Assembly (NCBI GenBank): GCA_038087875.1
Contig: CM075993.1
Location: forward strand, 5,830,001 to 5,894,000
Direction of reading: 5' to 3'
DNA: 64,000 nucleotides
Source: Malacoraja senta
Lineage: Eukaryota
The position numbers and the translations under genes are program-made. Shown here in pieces: positions 1-12,991 of the stretch (position 1 is the stretch's first letter; each line of letters opens with the position of its first letter). Below the pieces are notes generated by a model. The model saw nothing but the letters and a program-made list of their open reading frames with translations. It had not been told where the DNA came from and did not search any database.

Positions 1-1
1 C

Positions 2-156
2 CTTACGGAACAGCCTCTGGCTCCCTCCCCCTGCCGACACAGGGTAGTAAATGTACACATTATGGTCTTCTGCACTCACGGGTTTCTCAACAAAAGGCTT
101 CTGGAAGATTTCTCCGTTCACTTCTACGTGATCATCTCCTTCCACCAGGCTACACT
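2..156 (-). CDS. PPIP5K1: PPIP5K1 coding exon ([52 protein letters not shown]), ATP-grasp kinase domain; gene continues off the left edge
   Basis: Manual translation matches the PPIP5K/VIP1 kinase domain. AG acceptor at 158-157, phase compatible with the preceding exon. Paralog 1 assigned by head-to-head synteny with CKMT1. Confidence 0.93.
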
Positions 157-408
157 CTGCGCAGGTTAAGAAAACACAGGACACAGGATTTATTTGTCTG
201 TGGTTTTGACTTTTAATCAATCCTTAACATTAACAGGCAGAGGAAGCTGATTTGCCCATCAAACATGCCTCACTCAGTGACAGGTTACTTGTGACTGGAC
301 CGCTCTCCAACCCCCGCCATTGTCGTGTAATCTTCCCTGCGAGTCAAAGAGGGGGCAAGAACCAAATCCAGCTTTTGATTTCCAAACAAACAGGAAAAGG
401 TTATTCTA

Positions 409-786
409 AAAGGTGGCTCAGCACTTCAACTCCCCCTCCCATTCCGTATCTGACCTCTCTGTCCTGGGTCTCATCCATGGCCACAGCGAACAACACCAGA
501 AATTGGAGGAAATGCACCTCATATTCCGCTTGGGCAGTCTACACCCTGGGGGCATGAACATTGAATTCTCCCAACTCTGCTAGCCCTTGCTGTCCCCTCC
601 CCTTCATCAGCCCTCTGGTTGTCTCCTCCCACCCCCCAGCCCTCAGGCTCCTCCTCCGCCTTTTTTCCTTTCTTCTCCCCACCCCTTATCAGTCTGAAGA
701 AGGGTTTCGGCCCGAAACGTTGCCTCTTTCCTTCGCTCCATAGATGCTGCTGCACCCGCTGAGTTTCTCCAGCATTTTTGTGTACC
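409..786 (+). mobile_element. 5'-truncated Penelope-like retroelement (GIY-YIG C-terminus + pLTR)
   Basis: Near-identical to the 3' part of 51103-52052; flanked by 13 bp direct repeat AAAGGTTATTCTA (396-408, 787-799). Confidence 0.85.
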
Positions 787-1814
787 AAAGGTTATTCTAT
801 GTTTTTCAATTTTAGCATTCAGAGAAAGATTGCTAATATTGCAAGTCTTTATATCAAGACTAGTCCAAAGGCTTCATCTACTGCATCCGGTGGTCCCGAT
901 GGGTAAGACCAAGCATAGAATCAATTATCATTGCGCCAAACACTTGGTTAGCCCAGGTCCACTGAATCTCCCAGGTGCTAACCATTTTAAATCCTCTGCC
1001 CATTCCCATACTGACTTCTGTCCTAGGCCTCCTCCATTACCAGAGTGAAGCCAATTGCGCTTGGATAGCTTACAAACCAACGGTATGAACATTGAATTAT
1101 CTTATTTTAGGAAACTTAAACTCCCCCTCCCTTCCCACCTCTACCCCTTTCTTCCCCCACCAATAGATCTTAAAATTAACATAGATTTACAAATCATTTG
1201 GATCATAGAATTGAAAAGTTTGTAACTGGGCACCCTAAATTATTGCCAACAGTTTGTTAAAACAAAAGATGTTAAAATCATTGTTCAAGCAAAACCCAGA
1301 AAATAATTACACCAAGGTAACACAGTGGCACAGCTGGTGCCTCACAGAGCCAGAGATCCGGGTTCAATCTTGAGCTCAGGTGCTGCATGTGTGGAGTTTG
1401 CACATTCTCTCCATGACACTGTGGGTTTCCTCTGGGAGCTCCGGTTTCAACTCACATCCCAAAGATGTGTGGGCTTACAGGTTAATATCCCTCTGTAAAA
1501 AAAAACCCTAGTGTGTAGGGAGTGGATGAGAAAGAAGGATTACATAGAACTAGTGTAAATGGGCGATCGATTGTTGGCATGGACTCGACGGGCCTGGTCC
1601 CAAGCTGCATCTCCAAACTAAAACATTATATTCATCGATTTTTAAAAGACATAACGTAACATTTCTGCTCTCATGTAGGTTTGAAAACACCACAATTTAA
1701 AAATAAATCAGATCAAAAAGAAACAAACAGGTTGAACTGGGCAGCAACATTGCAAAGTTAACCAGACAAATCACAAGAGCCTTGCAATTTCACTTTGTAG
1801 ACAACAATACCAAC

Positions 1815-1900
1815 CATCAGGTCGGTCCGGATCACGATTTAACACTGCGTAACGAGGAAGATCTATTCCTTCTTCCTGCAAAATTCGATAGACTTCTCTC
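1815..1900 (-). CDS. PPIP5K1: PPIP5K1 coding exon (REVYRILQEEGIDLPRYAVLNRDPDRPD)
   Basis: 86 nt exon inside ORF 1771..2019; tttgcag acceptor and GT donor; phases fit both neighbours. Confidence 0.94.
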
Positions 1901-2079
1901 CTGCAAACATAAAAATAATCCAATTCTAATCCAGAAAACAAACGTTGATGCCTTACGATATTCCATTCACTCTGTACTTCGAATTTAAATGCAAATATAA
2001 TAATTTTTTTGTAGAACATTCTAGGACCAGAGGATCATTTTTAGCACCTCAAAAAATTAACACATTACCTTTAGCCCCA

Positions 2080-2310
2080 AAGATAGACACAAAATACTGG
2101 AATAACTCAGCGGGACAGGCACCATCTCTGGATAGAAGGAATGGGTGACGTTTCGGGTCGAGACCCTTCCTCCAGAAGATCTGAGGATGGGTCTCAACCC
2201 GAAACGTTACCCATTCATTCTATCCAGTGATGCTGCCTGTCCCGCTGAGCTACTCCAGCATTTTGTTTCCATCTTCAGTGAAAACCAGCATCTGTAGTTC
2301 CTTCCAACAC
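2080..2310. repeat. Penelope pLTR-derived inverted (palindromic) repeat; similar copies near 5500-5735, 10583-10715, 30537-30757, 36265-36485, 56070-56460
   Basis: Arms ...gctggagtaactcagcggg...gtgacgtttcgggtcgagacccttc occur with their reverse complement. Confidence 0.75.
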
Positions 2311-3410
2311 CTTTAGCCCCCAAGCCAATTCGGTAACAAAAATATATATAGCTTCCTTTTCATTTTGCTGAAACTAGTTTCCTGAAACTACCGATAAACT
2401 TCTTGCACACTAACCTCTTTTCTCTCTCAGATGGAAGGCACAGATCATCTGCATTTTCTTGAATTTCTCAAGAGAATTCTTGATATTTTAACAGGGACAC
2501 TGCTTTCTAAAGCTCACTCATAAAGGATTGAAAATCTGAAGCAAGATTGCAATAGCTCAAATATTTTTAACTTGGAATTTTACAACAAAAATTAAGCACC
2601 ACATTTGTCCGTGGATGGTCTTTGGAACAAAATGTAATTTGCTAATGCATCATAAGGATTACAGTCTTTGGCAAGGTTTGCAAGGAACTGTGTGGCAATC
2701 CCATTAATATTTAATGACTACTAATCTTGTGTGGTGCTGCAGAACTGGAATGAAGCAAAGTGCAGCCTTCAGGTGATGCGAGGTTAGAGGGCAAAGGTAA
2801 ATTACAGCACAAGATAGACACAAAAAGCTGGAGTAACTCAGCGGGTCAGACAGGATCTCTGTAGAAAAGGAATAGGTGATGTTTCAGGTCAAGACCCTTC
2901 TTCAATTAGAGCATGGTGTCAGAGCTGCAGCCCTCAATGCTGACGAGGATTATAATCACAGCAATGTTTATATATGCACTTCTTACGAGAATTGCTGTCA
3001 GCCCTGGCTTCAGGGGTTGCTCACTTGCCCAAAGATTAATGGACTCAAAAGAAGTGCCAACGACTCAAGGACAAAAAGTCCATTAGCACCAAGATGGTGC
3101 TGTCCACCAGAGATATTCTTACAAATTAGAGCATAACCAAGGTCCTGTCTGATTTCTCCCAGAACCATTTCAAAGGCCAAGTGAATCATTTATCCTGCCC
3201 TGGACAATGTCTATCACTCTTTGTTAACATGCTGCTGTTGTTTACGTTAAACAGTGATGCTCTTTCATCAGATTATCGATTGCCTGCAAAATGCTTTGTG
3301 ACGAGGTTTGTGATATGACCCATGTAAAGGTAAATCTTTCTTTTTATAAGTATGGACACAACATTAAAAACTAAAGATCTTTAATATTTTGTCTAGATAT
3401 CTAGCCTTTC

Positions 3411-3450
3411 ATAGGTCTGAAGAAGGGATTCAGCCCGAAACGTTGCCTAT
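3411..3450 (+). ncRNA. Minimal type I hammerhead ribozyme motif in a Penelope pLTR (representative of many copies)
   Basis: ATAGGT-CTGAAGA-AGGG(attcag)CCC-GAAAC-GTT-GCCTAT: core boxes, stem II, stem I (ATAGGT/GCCTAT), palindromic ACGT stem III. Confidence 0.65.
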
Positions 3451-4028
3451 TTCCTTCACTCCTTAAATGCTGCTGGTTTCTCCAGCACCTTTGTCTACCT
3501 TCGATTTTCCAGCATCTGCAGTTCCTTCTTAAACAAATAGGATAGATCACACTGGGTTTGGACGGTAACTTGTTCCATGCAGAAAATGACAATAATTCTG
3601 ATCCAAAGAAAGCCATGAAGGACTTTCCCAGTTTTCAGCAGGCAATTGATGTTCTATAATCCAGGTGGACTGCAGTCCAATGGTTCATCATAAAGAGAAC
3701 TAGCAAGGAACAATATAAAACTGACCTCAGCACTCGGGGTGGAATGTCAATCGGTTCTCACTTCCAGTGGTTCTTTAATATATCCTTTGATGGAAATGTG
3801 CACGTGCGACTTAACAGCTGAGGACATGGTTACACTCTATTTCAAAGCATTGGCAGGAGAGGGTACTGCTCCCTCTCACTACCTTTTCAAAAGTCTTTTA
3901 GACAGATATGGATTGGATGGGTTAAGGGCGATGGGGCAAATGGGACGAGCCCCGAACACTAACTTGGTTGGCATGGACATGGCGGTAGGGACTGTTTCCA
4001 TACTGCACAGCTCAGTAACTATGACCTA

Positions 4029-4245
4029 CAGTGCCCTCCATAATGTTTGGGACAAAGACCCATCATTTATTTATTTGCCTCCACAATTTGAGATATATAA
4101 TAGAAAAAAAATCACATGTGGTTAAAGTGCACATTGTCAGATTTTAATAAAGGCCATTTTTACACATTTTGGTGTCACCATGTAGAAATTACAGCAGTGT
4201 TTATACATAGTGCCCCCATTTCAGGGCACCATAATGTTTGGGACA
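4029..4245 (+). mobile_element. Solo terminal inverted repeat of the Tc1-like element
   Basis: Matches 27031-27262, starting TA|CAGTGCCCTCCATAATGTTTGGGACA. Confidence 0.85.
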
Positions 4246-5203
4246 TATTGCCTTAACCGTTAAATTTTAATGATTTAACAGTCAATCTACAGACAGTAGC
4301 TCAGCTCAAATAAGACCTCTTAAATGATGTATTTTTTCTTCCTGAAATTTAATTAACTGACTTTCTGCTTACATTAATACTTTAACACATTGGTAATGCA
4401 TGCAAAAGATACACCGCAAAATCACAAAAATGTAGTTTGAAACATAAATCTATTTATTTCGTATTCCATAGTGACCTCCGTGCCATTCGTTGCCAATAAG
4501 ATTTATAACCTAGGCTAGCTTGGAGAATACAAGATTATATCAATGCGCTTCCTAATGCCATTTTTTCCATTCACTGTCATTGAAGTGTGTTGTCTGTGCA
4601 AGGAGGGAAAAACGGAGCAGATAGTTTGGTACCTTAAGTCCGAGCCTGAGACAGCCAGATAATACAAACACCATAAGCTTTTCTAAGATAATTTTTGTTC
4701 TTCATTACTTCCCATAACTTTCCGAACAATGATTTGATTCACACATAATGCAAAATCTGCAGAACTTCAGCAGCTGCCCATTCCATCTACACATGCTAAC
4801 CGCATGAGTAAACCATGCCAAAACCCAATCCTTTAAGCACAAAGTGGACCAAGCGCATGAATCTCAGGTAGAACTCGTGGTGGTGGTGGTGGTCATGATT
4901 ATGAATGCCAATGACACTCCCCACTTCAGTTTGAGAGCAGTGTTGGCAACTGTACATTCCGAATATTTAGTCAAGATCAACAATCTATTAATGGATCAAG
5001 TCTGCTTTTAGACCATCTGATAGGGATGGTTCTGGAGTTTATCATCCAAAGAATGAACCAAGAAAGCTGAAATTACAAAGACTAAACTATTTTGACAGCA
5101 TTAATTAGTTGAGGTTATTTTGGATCAAGAATAGATGCTCATAACTTGGAACATTTGCGAAAAAAATTGAAAAAAATAATTAATTTTAACACATTGTGCA
5201 TAC

Positions 5204-5294
5204 CTGTCTTGTATATAATATTGCATATTCAAGTCATTAATAAGAACGGGATTCCGGAGTTTTGCATAAGCCACTGCCTTATCCAGTGGAAAAC
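5204..5294 (-). CDS. PPIP5K1: PPIP5K1 coding exon ([31 protein letters not shown])
   Basis: 91 nt exon inside ORF 5125..5337; ttccag acceptor, gtatg donor. Confidence 0.94.
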
Positions 5295-6196
5295 CTGGAA
5301 GGTAAAGGAAAAAAGAACAAATTATTACCCACCTCAAAACCTGCTAAATTATTTTGTACGCAAGTGTGACGTACTGATCGCATCAAAGGAAATCAAAATC
5401 TTAAAATCTGCTGCAACATAAACCAAACCCGGCATTATACAAACACATTAGGTCTCAAGTATTTAACTCAACTCCTACCATCACGATGTCGACACAAGGA
5501 ATGGCAGATGCTAGCTTACAGGGAAAAAAACACAAAATGTTGGTGCTACTCTTTCAAAAAAAGACAAAATTGGAGCAACTTTTCCAGCATCTCTGGAAAA
5601 TATGGATAGGCCATTTTGTGTCAGGCTGAAGGAGGTCTGAAATGTTCTGAAGGGTTCTGACCTGAAACATCACCTATTCATGTTCTCCAGAGATGCTGCC
5701 TGACCTGCTGAGTTACTCCAACATTGTCTTTTTTTCCCTACCATCACTCATTATCAGAATTTATATTTGAATGAAGGTCCAAACTACCATTCAATGCAAG
5801 TACAACAGTTAATTGGATTGACAGATTAGACTCCATTTCACATAAACCAAAAAGAAGAAAACATGATAATTTCTACACTGCATTTCAGAGTCTGTAAATT
5901 TTTTATCTGTGAATCAGATAAGTGTTTACCCTTCAGTCTGATACTCAAGGCATAAACTTGGACTGTCAGTGAAGATCAATAGCATGCCATCTCTTTAAAA
6001 AAAAGTTAGTTTGCCTGCACACGTGGATGATAAAGACCCCACAGTATTTTCTGAAGAACAGGTAGTTCCTCTAGTGTACCGACCAACATTCATCTTTAGC
6101 CAATTTTATTTACGATAGTGTCTTGCAGTTTTCTGGTATTTAAACAATTCCTCTTATGTACCAGCAGCTCTAACTTCCACCCATCCTACTGCTCAC

Positions 6197-6392
6197 CTTT
6201 GGAATGGAAGGAGATCAAACAGTCGCATACTGGCCAGTTCTCCACAGGCTCATTCAGAACCACGTCCTCATTAAAAATGACAACACTGATAAACTCAAAT
6301 TTACACAGACGTTCTAGGATCTGAGTCATTGGTTTCGACTTCGACTTCTTCGCCATCGCACAAATCCCCACCAGGATTTGTCGCTCAGGAGG
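6197..6392 (-). CDS. PPIP5K1: PPIP5K1 coding exon ([22 protein letters not shown]...[13 protein letters not shown])
   Basis: 196 nt exon; VIP1 N-terminal domain motifs; tctag acceptor, gtgag donor. Confidence 0.95.
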
Positions 6393-9300
6393 CTAGACGT
6401 GGGGAGAATGAGAAAAAATTAACTAGGCAGACATTTTTGAACAAATCGACCTTTTCAAATCTGTTGTCAAGGCACATCATCTGGTAATTATCACACTGCA
6501 GTTTTAGAATGCAGAAACCCATAAAACTCCAAAAGTGCTTCAGTGGCTGTGAAACACTGGTACATCCTCAGGTTGCAAATGTAGCAACAGGAACACTTTA
6601 TTCTTCCCACATTACCTATTAGCTTCAAGTGTTAAATGTCAGCACATGGAAATGCTCCACAGACTTTCAGAATTATATCCACCTACGTTAAAAAATATAT
6701 ATATATTGGCTCATCCAAAGCAACAGGCACCATCAACAAGCAGCCACCTAATGAACAGTAGCCATCGTTTGTTAACACTTTAGGCACCCCATTAGACTTG
6801 CCAATATAAGCATTACTGGACAGAGGCCCGAGCTAATAATCTCGAGACAAGTTTAAATCCCATCATAAAGATGGCGAGTGCAAATTCAATTAGTTAAACT
6901 CTAAATGTAAAACTCATAATAGTAACCCTGAGGCATCTGGATTGTTCTACAAACCCATTCAAAATGGTCTGTGTATAATTCCAGACCTACTGACGTGGTT
7001 TATTTCCCCAGTTTAGGTACAATTAGGGATTTCAATAGCAGTCTCTTCAGCAATGCCACATCCCAGGAATAAATCCATTTAAACAAAATGTCCTATGTTG
7101 AGAATATTCTTTTGATGAAATCAGGTCATGGGGATTAGCCCCACTTCAGGACTTGCACATTTCAGATCTAAAAAGGAATGCCACACTTCAGAAAAGCTGG
7201 AAGATGAGGACCATATTCTGCTCAGCTGAATAGAAATATCCCATTCCACAAGATTATTCCATTATACAAAGAAGCTTCCCTTATGTCCTAACCGACACCA
7301 CCTCTTGGTCTTGCACTCATTTATTGTTTACCCAGACAAAAGATGACAGACAGACTTAACACAAATCTGTCAGTTCATCTGTTAGTTGGCCTGACTAGTC
7401 TCAAGATACTGTACCAATGCATACATTTGGAATCAAGTCAAATCAATGAGGTTATATTGCCTGGCTTTATAATAGGTAAAGAAAACCAAACTTACAACTA
7501 TAGGAAACATCTTAGCTTCATTTCTCACAATTTGAATTTCAACATAATGAAGTACTTGGGGAAGGTTCAACACTGAATGGACTCATTAAATTGAGAAACA
7601 CCAATGGAATTTTAATGACCTCGGCATCACTTAAATCGGGAGCAAAAGCCAGGCAGTGAGACAAAGAGAGTCTGAAATTGCCAGAATGGAGTTGAGAGAG
7701 TTGCCAACTTAAGCCTCTCATGCGTGGAGAAGGGAACAGGCATTTATCATCTTATTTAAACTGCCGCTCTCTTTGTTGAGGAACCCATCCCACAGTTTAA
7801 GATTCAATTCTTGCTTGCTGGAACTAGTGATAATTTCAGATGAAAAGCTACTTTGCATTTAGAAGGTTAATATAAAATTATACACAACATACTCAAGTTG
7901 ACATTGCTTCAAATTCCATTCCAATAAAAACGGTGTTTTTCAAAGCTACAACTAAACAAATACATAGATGTATTGTCCATTGAGAATAAACATGCAAAGT
8001 TTCATACAAATCAACATGGGCAGCACAATGGCAACGCCGGAGACCATGGTTTAATCCTGATCTCGGTTGTTGTTTGTGTGGGGTTTGCATGTTCTCCCCG
8101 GGTTTCCTCAGGGTAGCCTTTCAAATCCCAAAGACTTGCGGGTTTGTTGGTTAATTGGCCTCTATAGGTTGCCCCCGAGAGCACAGGGAGTGGGTAAGTT
8201 GGATAACATGGAACTAGTGATCGATGGCCAGCGTGGACTCATGCTTTCCTGCTGTATCTCAAAACTAAAGAGCATCAGGTCATATCTCTTCAACAAGGCT
8301 TGATTATGGCACGTGCTCAGATGAGTGCAGAGCAAAGTTCATGAGGTGAGGAAGCTAAAATAATGAGAAACCAGGGGTGGGGAGTGGGCAAGAATGAGAA
8401 GGCAAGAGACTAAATTAGCATTGAGCAAAAGGAAACATTTTATAAATAAAAATAAAGTAAAGCTGTACTGATAAAAATGGAAAGTGCTATAATTACAGGT
8501 ACCGGGGATGGAAGATAGGAGATTGCTCTTTATAATAAATCTTCTGACATTTTCATTAAAAATGAAGAATGATAATCCAATTTTTTTTTAAATCATTAAA
8601 ACACAACAACTCAAAGGAAATAATGGAGCAGATTTTTCATGTAAAATTTATTCGTGGAATGTGGTATCACAACTCCCCTAACCTTTTTGCTCCCAGAAGA
8701 TGGTGGCGACAGAGAGCTTTCAGGAACCATTGCTAAAGTTGTATAATATTCATAATAATGGGCACTATATAATGCATGAAAATAAATCAGTCACAGATGA
8801 GAAGCAGTCTGACTGGGCAACCGCTTTGATTGGATTGAGGGAGTGTATGGATGCGTACTCAATGAGAGATTTGGACAGGGTGTGCCCATTTTTGTATGAT
8901 TCTAGGATAATGGTAATCCACAAGGACTACCATAAACCATGGCACGTTCTATAAAATGGCTGATAAAATTCCATATGGAAAGAATGCTAATAATGGTTAA
9001 AACAGTGATAATTCAGGCAAAAAGAGTTGAATACTGAGGGATATAGGATAGTGGGATAATTGCAAATACTTCAATACTCATTTGCCTGGACATTTTTAAA
9101 TTCATCTTACATTGCATCAATAATGACAGGAAGACAAGGCGATGGGAGTTAAGTCAAAGAATATTTGGATTGATAGCAGTCCACATAGTGCAGACGTGGT
9201 ACGAGGAAATCTAATCAGAGCGCATTCGTTTTTATGAAGTGACAATCTGCTGGCTGGGCTAGAAAAGATATCTAGTCTTTGTGCTATAATTCTTGACAGG

Positions 9301-12300
9301 TAAGTGGGAAAAGACAAAAGAAAGACACATTAAAGTAGAAAAGAGACAAGTTTGAGGGCAACTCTGCAGCTTCTCTGGAGAACATGAACAGGTGACGTTT
9401 CGGGTCGGGACTTTCATCAGACCTATTCACATTCTCCAGAGATGCTATCCGACCCTGAGTTATGACAGCACTTTGAGATACAAAAAAGTGATTTTCTTCC
9501 TCTGGTGTAAAACACTGAACTAAAAATCAATAATGTAAATTATAAATCATTTTTTAAATGCCACAGATAATAAACGGCTTGGCAACAACACTAGTATTTT
9601 AAATCATAAAAATATCACTTAATCATCAGACACTTGAGAAAGGAACTGCATTTCCTGAGCAATTTCCCATTTGCTCAGCAAGCTAAAATCTATTTTATCA
9701 TTTTTCACCTCTTTAGTATTTAAACCTATAATTAGTTCAGCGAAGAGAGTGTCTTTTGGCAATTTTAACCTACTATCTTCACTGGCCTGTAGACTCTGTT
9801 AAATCAATTGCAAGTGGATATAAGTTGTCAATGGGAACACAAGGTATAATTCAGAGGTGTTAATTGCCTCTTCGCTACCTGGTGCAAAGAGGCAATTAAC
9901 ATCTTCCCACAGGGAAAGAAATTGAAGGTTTGGTTGCATAGAAGTTTATTTTTAAAATAGTTTAACTGGGTACAAAAAAACAAAACAAAATTGAGAATGC
10001 AGTTAATATAATATGGCCAACAGATTTTGTATTAAATGGAATGAGAAATAAAATTCAACATTTCTGCCACTTAGTTCCACGGGCTGTACAACACCAATGA
10101 GATGTTCGGACATCATGGGGTGAACTTCATGAGGTATATAAATTTCACTCATCTATGTGAATGGCTTGTGCAGATGTCTCAAGTTGTCATAACAAATCTA
10201 AGGTTTGAAATCTATCTAACTGGGAAAGAAGAGTAATGAGAATTGCCAGGCACATCTTTCAAGTGCCTGGCTAAACACAAAACTGCACCAAGGGACAGCA
10301 CACCGCACACAAATAGGAAAGGCAAGAGGAATATGGGTCAACAGGTAAATGCGGGAAGCATCAATGGGCATCTTGGTCAACTTGGACAAGTTGGGCCAAA
10401 GGGCCTGTTTCCATGACAGATGGTTGACTGCTGGAGTTGGATTGTTGGGACTTGGACAACTGCTGGACTGAGGGCAACAGATGAAATATCCAATTTCAGA
10501 TTCCTGGGAGGGGAACAAATATGTAATGTTGAAGATTAAATTAGTTTTCTTTTTTACACCTCAGTTGAATACTCGTGGTTACAATGGGTGACGTTTCGGG
10601 TTGAGACCCTTCTTCAGACTGAAGAAGAGTCTCGACCCGAAACATCATCCATTCCTTCTCTCCAGAGATGCTGCCGATCCCACTGAGTTACTCCTGCATT
10701 TTGTGTCTATCTTCAAATGACGTCAAGCGCTCCAGACGGCTGTGCGGACGCATGATAACGTGCGCGACCGTCGCTACCGGCCTGTCGTGTAAATGACGGC
10801 CAAGTGGAACAGGCCCTTTACTGTCATCCTTAGAAACTTTCAAACTGTGGCAGACCCATAGTCTAGCTATCCACACAATGGGCTACACAGTTGAGAGAGT
10901 TATTCTCAACTGTGTAGAGAGAACATTAGGCTCATACACAGATTATGATGAAGATTAAAGATGCATTGAATACAATCATCATTTTGTAAAATAAAAACTA
11001 CACTGAAAGTTCTAATTCATCCCAGATATCATTCAATTATACAATAGATAAATCTGCCAAGGCTAAACTGATGTAGATGCACACATATTCACCGTTATAT
11101 AGGTAAAAAAAAATAATCGGGTCGGAACAAGATGTAATCAGCAAAGAACACACTGACCCTGATCAAAATAGAGTCACAAATATAATAATAGATGCTGGAG
11201 GTTTAAACACACTAATTCCCCAGTGGAGTTTCTAATACCCAGCTCTCACACATGCCAAGATGGGGAGAGTAGACACAAGGAACTGCAGATGCTGGAATCT
11301 TGCATAGAACACAAAGTGCTGGAGTAACTCAAAAGCAGCGTTTTACAGGTTAGGACATTTCAGTCTGAAGAAAGGAAGCCAACCCAAAATGGTGCCTATT
11401 GTCCTCCAGAGATGCTGCCTGACTACCTGCCTACTTTCCGCACAAGATGGGAAGGGTGAAGGTGGAGACTGAGGCTGGGGGGTGACAAGTGTTGATGCCA
11501 AGCTCGTGACTGGCCCAAAATTTGATTGTGCAGGGATACAAAAGATTGAAATTTCCAATCTTGGGTAATCTCTGGCTCCTTGTGTTTCTCTCTCCCCTTT
11601 TAAAGCACCTCCAGTTCACCCATCCAACTACGACTCGCATACATTATCAAACTCATCCCCCTCCCACATTCGGTTCCCTCTGTCCTTCACCTCCCCTCAC
11701 GGTTCTCATTATCACTTTTCATGCTTATCACATTCAAGCACTTAATTACTTTATGTTCCTGCTTGTCACCCTCCAACTTCTGTCTCCATCACCATCCCTT
11801 CCTCCCACCTGGTTCCATCTGCCTTTGTTTTCTTTGCTTCAGACGTTACCTCACCTATTACCCCTCTGTTCACCTATCAGCACTCTGTCCCACCCCATCC
11901 CCTCTCCTGTTTATACCAACCATCTCCCTTCTCTACTCTCAGACTTGCAGGATCTCAATCCATATCATGGACAATTCCCTCCTCCCCACCACCATACTCC
12001 CTCATAAAATGCTACGACCCACTGAGGTCCTCAACTATTTGTTTTCCCTTCCAGACTCCAGCGCCTGCAGTCTCTTGCGTCTCCCTTTGAAAATATCCTT
12101 GCAGAACTTGTATTTCAACAAATCCTTTCAATAACATTCGCATCATAACTCTGCCTAAATACAGAATGGTGCAGTTGAACACTTTCTACAAATAAACAGC
12201 ATTGCATCCACGAGCCCAACGAGCTAAAATCTGCGGGATGTTGTACACAAACACAACCAGCATGAGACAATGACCTTGTCTATCAGAGGAGAATCCAACA

Positions 12301-12991
12301 AACTAGCTGCCAGAGGAAGTAGTTGAGGCAGGTACAATAACATTAAAAATACATTTGGACTGATATATGGATAGGAAAAGTTGAGAGGAATATGGGCCAA
12401 ATGGTACTAGTGTAGATGGGGCACCTTTGGAGGCATGGTCAAGTTGGGCCAAAGGGCCTTGTTTCAAGACTCTCTGCATGGACTAGAAAGATGAACCCAA
12501 ATCATCATTACCTTAACTGAATTAGGCATGATTGGATTATGGCATCAGTTTTGCTCCTATTGTGCCTTACAGTCAAATTTTTGCACGTTTTTTTGAAGTT
12601 CTACTGACAACTACTGACCCTAGCTCCATTGTTGGCTTCTGCATTTCTATTTGAGGCAGGCGGCTGAAAGGTGAACCAAGAAGCGTTGAGAGGAGATGGG
12701 CAGAAGGAGCCATGCGTATGGGAAAGTGTAGCATTAGGAAACAGAGGCAGGTGGGGCAACACAGAATAAGGTATTTTTGCCAAAGGGCATCAGCAGGCAT
12801 TTAAGCTCCATACAAGCCTCATTGCAATTCCTAGCCCTATCAATATATCATTTCATCTTTTAATATTCATCTACCCTTTCCTTCAATTTACATAACACCG
12901 ATCATAGAATTGTTCTATCAAGTTCCACAAGCAAGGTAAAAAGGTTAATTTTAAATTCCCAATTGGATTTATCAGATAATCTTATTACTAA

